Assembly (NCBI RefSeq): GCF_000981445.1
Contig: NW_012237334.1
Span: 1-36,669, forward strand
Direction: 5' to 3'
DNA: 36,669 nt
Source: Babesia bigemina
Lineage: Eukaryota
In this document: positions 32,101 to 36,669 of the stretch, in pieces
How the letters are laid out: every line of letters begins with the position of its first letter
Numbering within the stretch: position 1 is the stretch's first letter
Notes under the pieces: model-generated
Told to the model about the DNA's origin: nothing
The model's input: the letters and a program-made list of their open reading frames with translations, nothing else
Database searches by the model: none
Translations under genes and position numbers: made by a program

Positions 32101-34949
32101 GTTTTCAATATTTTGTTTGTCCTTTGAGGAACCGCACTGCGCAACATTTCGACGTAGTTAATGCATTTATACAGTTCTTGTTCGACATGTCCAACATTTT
32201 TTCTGGTTTCGTAGACTTTCTTCATAAGCATACCAATTTTTTCATGAAGAATTTTCAACGCATTGTACACAGTGTCGGGGCTCTGTTCAGTTTTACCAAC
32301 ACTATCTGTCAGGAATGTTTCAATTGTCATATTGAGATCGTAAGCTGTTTTTTCGAGTGTGGACTTACCGTGCTCTACGCCTGTAGTTACATTCGCATCC
32401 TTCTGCGTTTGAAGCAGTACAAGCATCGCTTTTATACCTTCGAGCGTATTTGTTAAAGGAGTGTATGGGTCTTTAACAATTCCGCTTGATGAACCATTTA
32501 CAATCAAATTAACTTTTCGCTGTAGTCTATCTATTGCTTTATTTGCAGTCTGTTGTAGCAATAAGTCAAGCCGTCCGTTAAATTCTTCTTTAGTGGCTAT
32601 TTCCTTTATTACCTTGACTTTGTCAACAAGGGCACCGGTGAGATTTTCGCTGGAAAGTTGATTAGATGCTTGTTTGATTCCATTGTGTACATCATCATGA
32701 AGGCTTCTAATATGTGTGTGGGCGATACCTAGGGCCGTGTCAATCTTGTTCCCGTGATCAACTGGTTTGCCATTTTTTGGCATCATGTCAAATTGATATT
32801 CTATTTTTCCGACATTTGATATTGCCTCATTTACCCGACCTATCTTAATATCGAATTCAACTGAGTTAGTAAGCAAGTTAAGTTCCTCGTATACTTGCCT
32901 GGCTGCGGTGGATAAAGCTGGGATCATCAGCTTTATAGCTTCTTGAAGATCATGTTTTTTGCGGCCAGCGGCAGGCGTGAAAGTTTTTTTCAGATTCATG
33001 TCCTCGTCAATTGCCTTTGTTATCTGCTCGGAAAATGGGCCGATGCCTTTTGTAATAACGGTTTCAATACTACCGGGTAGTGGAACAACGTTTTCGGCCT
33101 CATTGACCTCTTGATCTAGTTTTGTGGCAAATTGGAGACAAACATCTTGGACGGCCTGCAAATCGGTGTCGATTGTACCGGTAGGTTCTTCAACGAATGT
33201 TATTTTGCCTCCACCATAAACTCCCTTAAGCTTCCCTTTGATGGCCTTCTTTATTGAGTCATGCAACGATTTGGTCTGCCCATTTAGTATCGCCTGTACT
33301 TCTCCATCTTGAAACGGTTTTGACGTCTCAGCATTCCTACTTCCTCCAATGTAACTCTTCAACTTATCCTTGACAATCTCATTATTTTTCAGAATACAAT
33401 CCAACCACATATCCAGAACTTTTGTTTCGAATTTAGTAGCAGTAAAATTAGCTGCATATATCATTATCCCTTTTACAATTTGATTGAGACCATCCTTATT
33501 CTGAACTATACCCGACAACCCTTCCCCCTTAATTTTACCAACCAGCGTCTGAATCTCTTCTTTAAGAGCGCTCCAATTATGATAGATGCTCTTATCTTCT
33601 GGGTCGGCCGGGATTCGTGGCACTTTTATGTCACCAATGTGTACCTTAATTATTCCAATTGGTTCTTTAATATGTTCAAATATTTCCATTATATGCTTCC
33701 TAACATTCGTTTCAATTGCACCGATGAGCTCTTCAACCTGCTTTTCCAACTCCCATCCAGCACCGTTTTTGAATTGTGCAACTTGAGTGTTCTCTACATA
33801 CTCTTTAATTCTTTTTGCAGCCTCTGTAAGCTCGTTCATTCGCACACCCAAATCCGTTACTTGATGCATTAGCGTCCTTTTCTCACTTTCAACCTTCTTT
33901 TTCAGAACGACTGCTCCATTCACAATTGGTTGTAGACCTTTAACAATTTGATTATCGTATTTAATGAGCAGATCATCAATGCCATCGTTCACTTTATGGA
34001 AGGCGTCGAATAGTTCCGTGTTAACAGATGCCATCAACTTGGCAAAACTTGTATCACATAGGCCATTAAGTTTCTTCAACGACTCATCAAGAACACCTTG
34101 TAAATAACCTCGGAGCTCAGTCGCACTTTCTTGAAAACTTCCATCAGTAGAGTTCAACACCTTCATCAGCTTCTCCCCCGCCATCTCACATATTTTTACC
34201 AGGTCTCTATCACTTGCCTCCTCCTCAAATTTTTTCATAGCCTGCAACAGCATTTCGATGTTAATAGTCAACTTACCTGATAGTTTGGGATCCAGTTGTT
34301 CCAATACCTTGTTTGCCTCCTCAGCCTTTTGCAAGTAGAGCCGAGCACGATTCGTCCACGTGGAATATTGCTCCTGGAAAGATAGAGATTTCATCGTACG
34401 AAAATGATTCTTAATTGTTTTTTGGATATCTACATCAACGATTTTCAGTGGGTCTGTTATAGCCTCCGTTCTCTTTTTTATTTCACCTTCATACCCCTCC
34501 AGCCACCCCTTCACCTGCTCGACAGACGCCGCAAGCCCAGCACGCCCGGAGCCAATTTGTTTATTTACCTCTTTTAGTACTGTTTCAAGCTTATTACTCA
34601 TCATATCATCGTATGTTTTAACCGCATCATCATCTTTCACCGCACCAAGCACACCACTCAAAAATCCCATCACCCCGTCACACAGCCTATCCAAGTCGGA
34701 GTACACAATCCCAGTGCCGTCGTAGCCTTTGGAGTCTTTGTTGAAGCCGAGGAATTTCTCGAGGCCAGTACAAAGGTTATTAAGGATGTTAGCAGGGTCA
34801 TTATTTAAGGTAATTTTAGGGTTTTAAATTTTGTCAAATTTCTTGCCAAGCTCCCTGAGCGGCACATGGTCAGGGCAGTGGCAAGAGGTGGAAGAGGGGA
34901 AGAAAAGGGTGACAAGGCACAAGTTATTATAATGGTTTATAAAGGTCAT
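29139..34949 (-). CDS. ves/VESA-like gene 4 (second subtype); leader ATG 34949 in frame but interrupted by TAA at 34826-34824; first downstream ATG 34670
   Basis: Track ORF 29139..34706 (1855 aa): YSDLDRLCDGVMGFLSGVLGAVK, CGVKSPLQSFLEDG, TM helix, tail LDLLHIKSHLHSPSSHRIAAQSLLAAARVNKLGRVFYLQP. Confidence 0.88.
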
Positions 34950-34975
34950 AGCGCTATTAAGGCGAGGTGATTCGA

Positions 34976-35692
34976 GGGATGTAGAGTGGATAAAGGAGCG
35001 ATGTAGAGTGGATTAAGGGAGCGATGTAGAGTGGGTAAAGGGGCGATGTGGAGTGGGTTAAGGAGCGATGTGGAGTGGATCAGAGAGCGATGTAGAGTGG
35101 GTAAAGGGGCGATGTAGAGTGGGTAAAGGGGCGATGTAGAGTGGGTTAGGGAGCGATGTAGAGTGGATAAAGTGGCGATGTGGAGTGGGTTAAGGAGCGA
35201 TGTGGAGTGGATCAGAGAGCGATGTAGAGTGGGTAAAGGGGCGATGTAGAGTGGATAGAGGAGCGATGTAGAGTGGGTAAAGGGGCGATGTAGAGTGGGT
35301 TAAGGAGCGATGTGGAGTGGATAAAGGGGCGATGTGGAGTGGGTTAAGGAGCGATGTGGAGTGGATAAAGGGGCGATGTGGAGTGGGTAAAGGGGCGATG
35401 TAGGGTGGTTTAGGAGCGATGTAGAGTGGGTTAGGGAGCGATGTAGAGTGGATAAAGGGGCGATGTGGAGTGGATAAGGGGCGATGTAGAGTGGATTAGG
35501 GAGCGATGTGGAGTGGATAAAGGGGCGATGTGGAGTGGGTAAAGGAGCGATGTAGAGTGGGTTAGGGAGCGATGTGGAGTGGATAAGGGGCGATGTGGAG
35601 TGGGTTAGGGAGCGATGTGGAGTGGATAAGGGGCGATGTGGAGTGGTCAAAGGAGCGATGTAGAGTGGGTTAGGGAGCGATGTAGAGTGGGT
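34976..35692. repeat. Satellite A
   Basis: Same unit. Confidence 0.97.
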
Positions 35693-35704
35693 AATAATCA
35701 CCAC

Positions 35705-36669
35705 TTGTGACCATGTCATCGCTGCCGTGCCCATGTCATCGCTGCCGTGCCCATGTCATCGCTGCCGTGTCCATGTCATCGCTGCCGTAACCATGTCATC
35801 GCTGCCGTAACCATGTCATCGCTGCCGTGACCATGCCATCGCTGCCCATACCATGTCATCGCTGCCGTGACCATGTCATCGCTGCCGTGACCATCAACTT
35901 GGTCACCACCTTGGTCAGCACATTGGTCACCACTCTGGTCATGGCATTGGTCACCACTTTGGTCGTGGCATTGGTCAGGTGGTTGGTCAGCACATTGGTC
36001 ACCACTTTGGTCATGGCATTGGTCACCACATTGGGCAGCACTTTGGGCAGCATTTTGGTCATGGCATTGGTCAGCACGTTGGTCAGCACGTTGGTCATGG
36101 CATTGGTCAGCACGTTGGTCAGCACGTTGGTCAGCACTTTGGGCAGCATCTTGGTCAGCACGTTGGTCAACACGTTGGTCAGCACTTTGGTCAGCACTTT
36201 GGTTATGGCATTGGTCAGCACTTTGGTCATGGCATTGGTCAACACGTTGGTCAGGTGCTTGGTCACCACTGTCATCGCTGCCGTGCCCATGTCATCGCTG
36301 CCGTGTCCATGTCATCGCTGCCGTAACCATGTCATCGCTGCCGTGACCATGTCATCGCTGCCGTAACCATGTCATCGCTGCCGTAACCATGTCATCGCTG
36401 CCGTAACCATGTCATCGCTGCCGTGCCCATGTCATCGCTGCCGTGCCCATCAACTTGGTCACCACCTTGGTCAGCACATTGGTCACCACTCTGGTCATGG
36501 CATTGGTCACCACTTTGGTCGTGGCATTGGTCAGGTGGTTGGTCAGCACATTGGTCACCACTTTGGTCATGGCATTGGTCACCACATTGGGCAGCACTTT
36601 GGGCAGCATTTTGGTCATGGCATTGGTCAGCACGTTGGTCAGCACGTTGGTCATGGCATTGGTCAGCAC
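35705..36669. repeat. Alternating satellites: B ~35705-35895, C ~35896-36269, B ~36270-36452, C ~36453-end
   Basis: Direct tandem repetition; the second C block repeats the start of the first. Confidence 0.95.

Overview
Eukaryotic DNA, most likely from a piroplasm (Babesia, bigemina/ovata-like; inferred from gene family, not proven). The window is a head-to-tail, all minus-strand array of four large ves/VESA-like variant surface antigen genes; the three with visible ends terminate in YLQP. They are separated by a stereotyped set of satellites. Upstream of every ves copy lie 12-bp, 20/25-bp and ~22-bp G-rich GGGTTAGGG-containing arrays, and a 24-bp array follows two of the copies. Two spacers hold a small spliced gene (signal-like exon, Cys-rich domain, one TM helix) followed by orphan TM/tail cassettes. 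The stand-out feature is a ~4.3-kb, nearly intact non-LTR retrotransposon (RT, CCHC knuckle, PD-(D/E)xK restriction-like endonuclease) at ~2231-6530. It sits inside the leftmost ves gene and replaces roughly 850-900 codons of it, although piroplasms are generally regarded as lacking transposable elements. All four ves copies also have a broken 5' leader (in-frame TAA or frameshift), as expected for a silent antigen archive.
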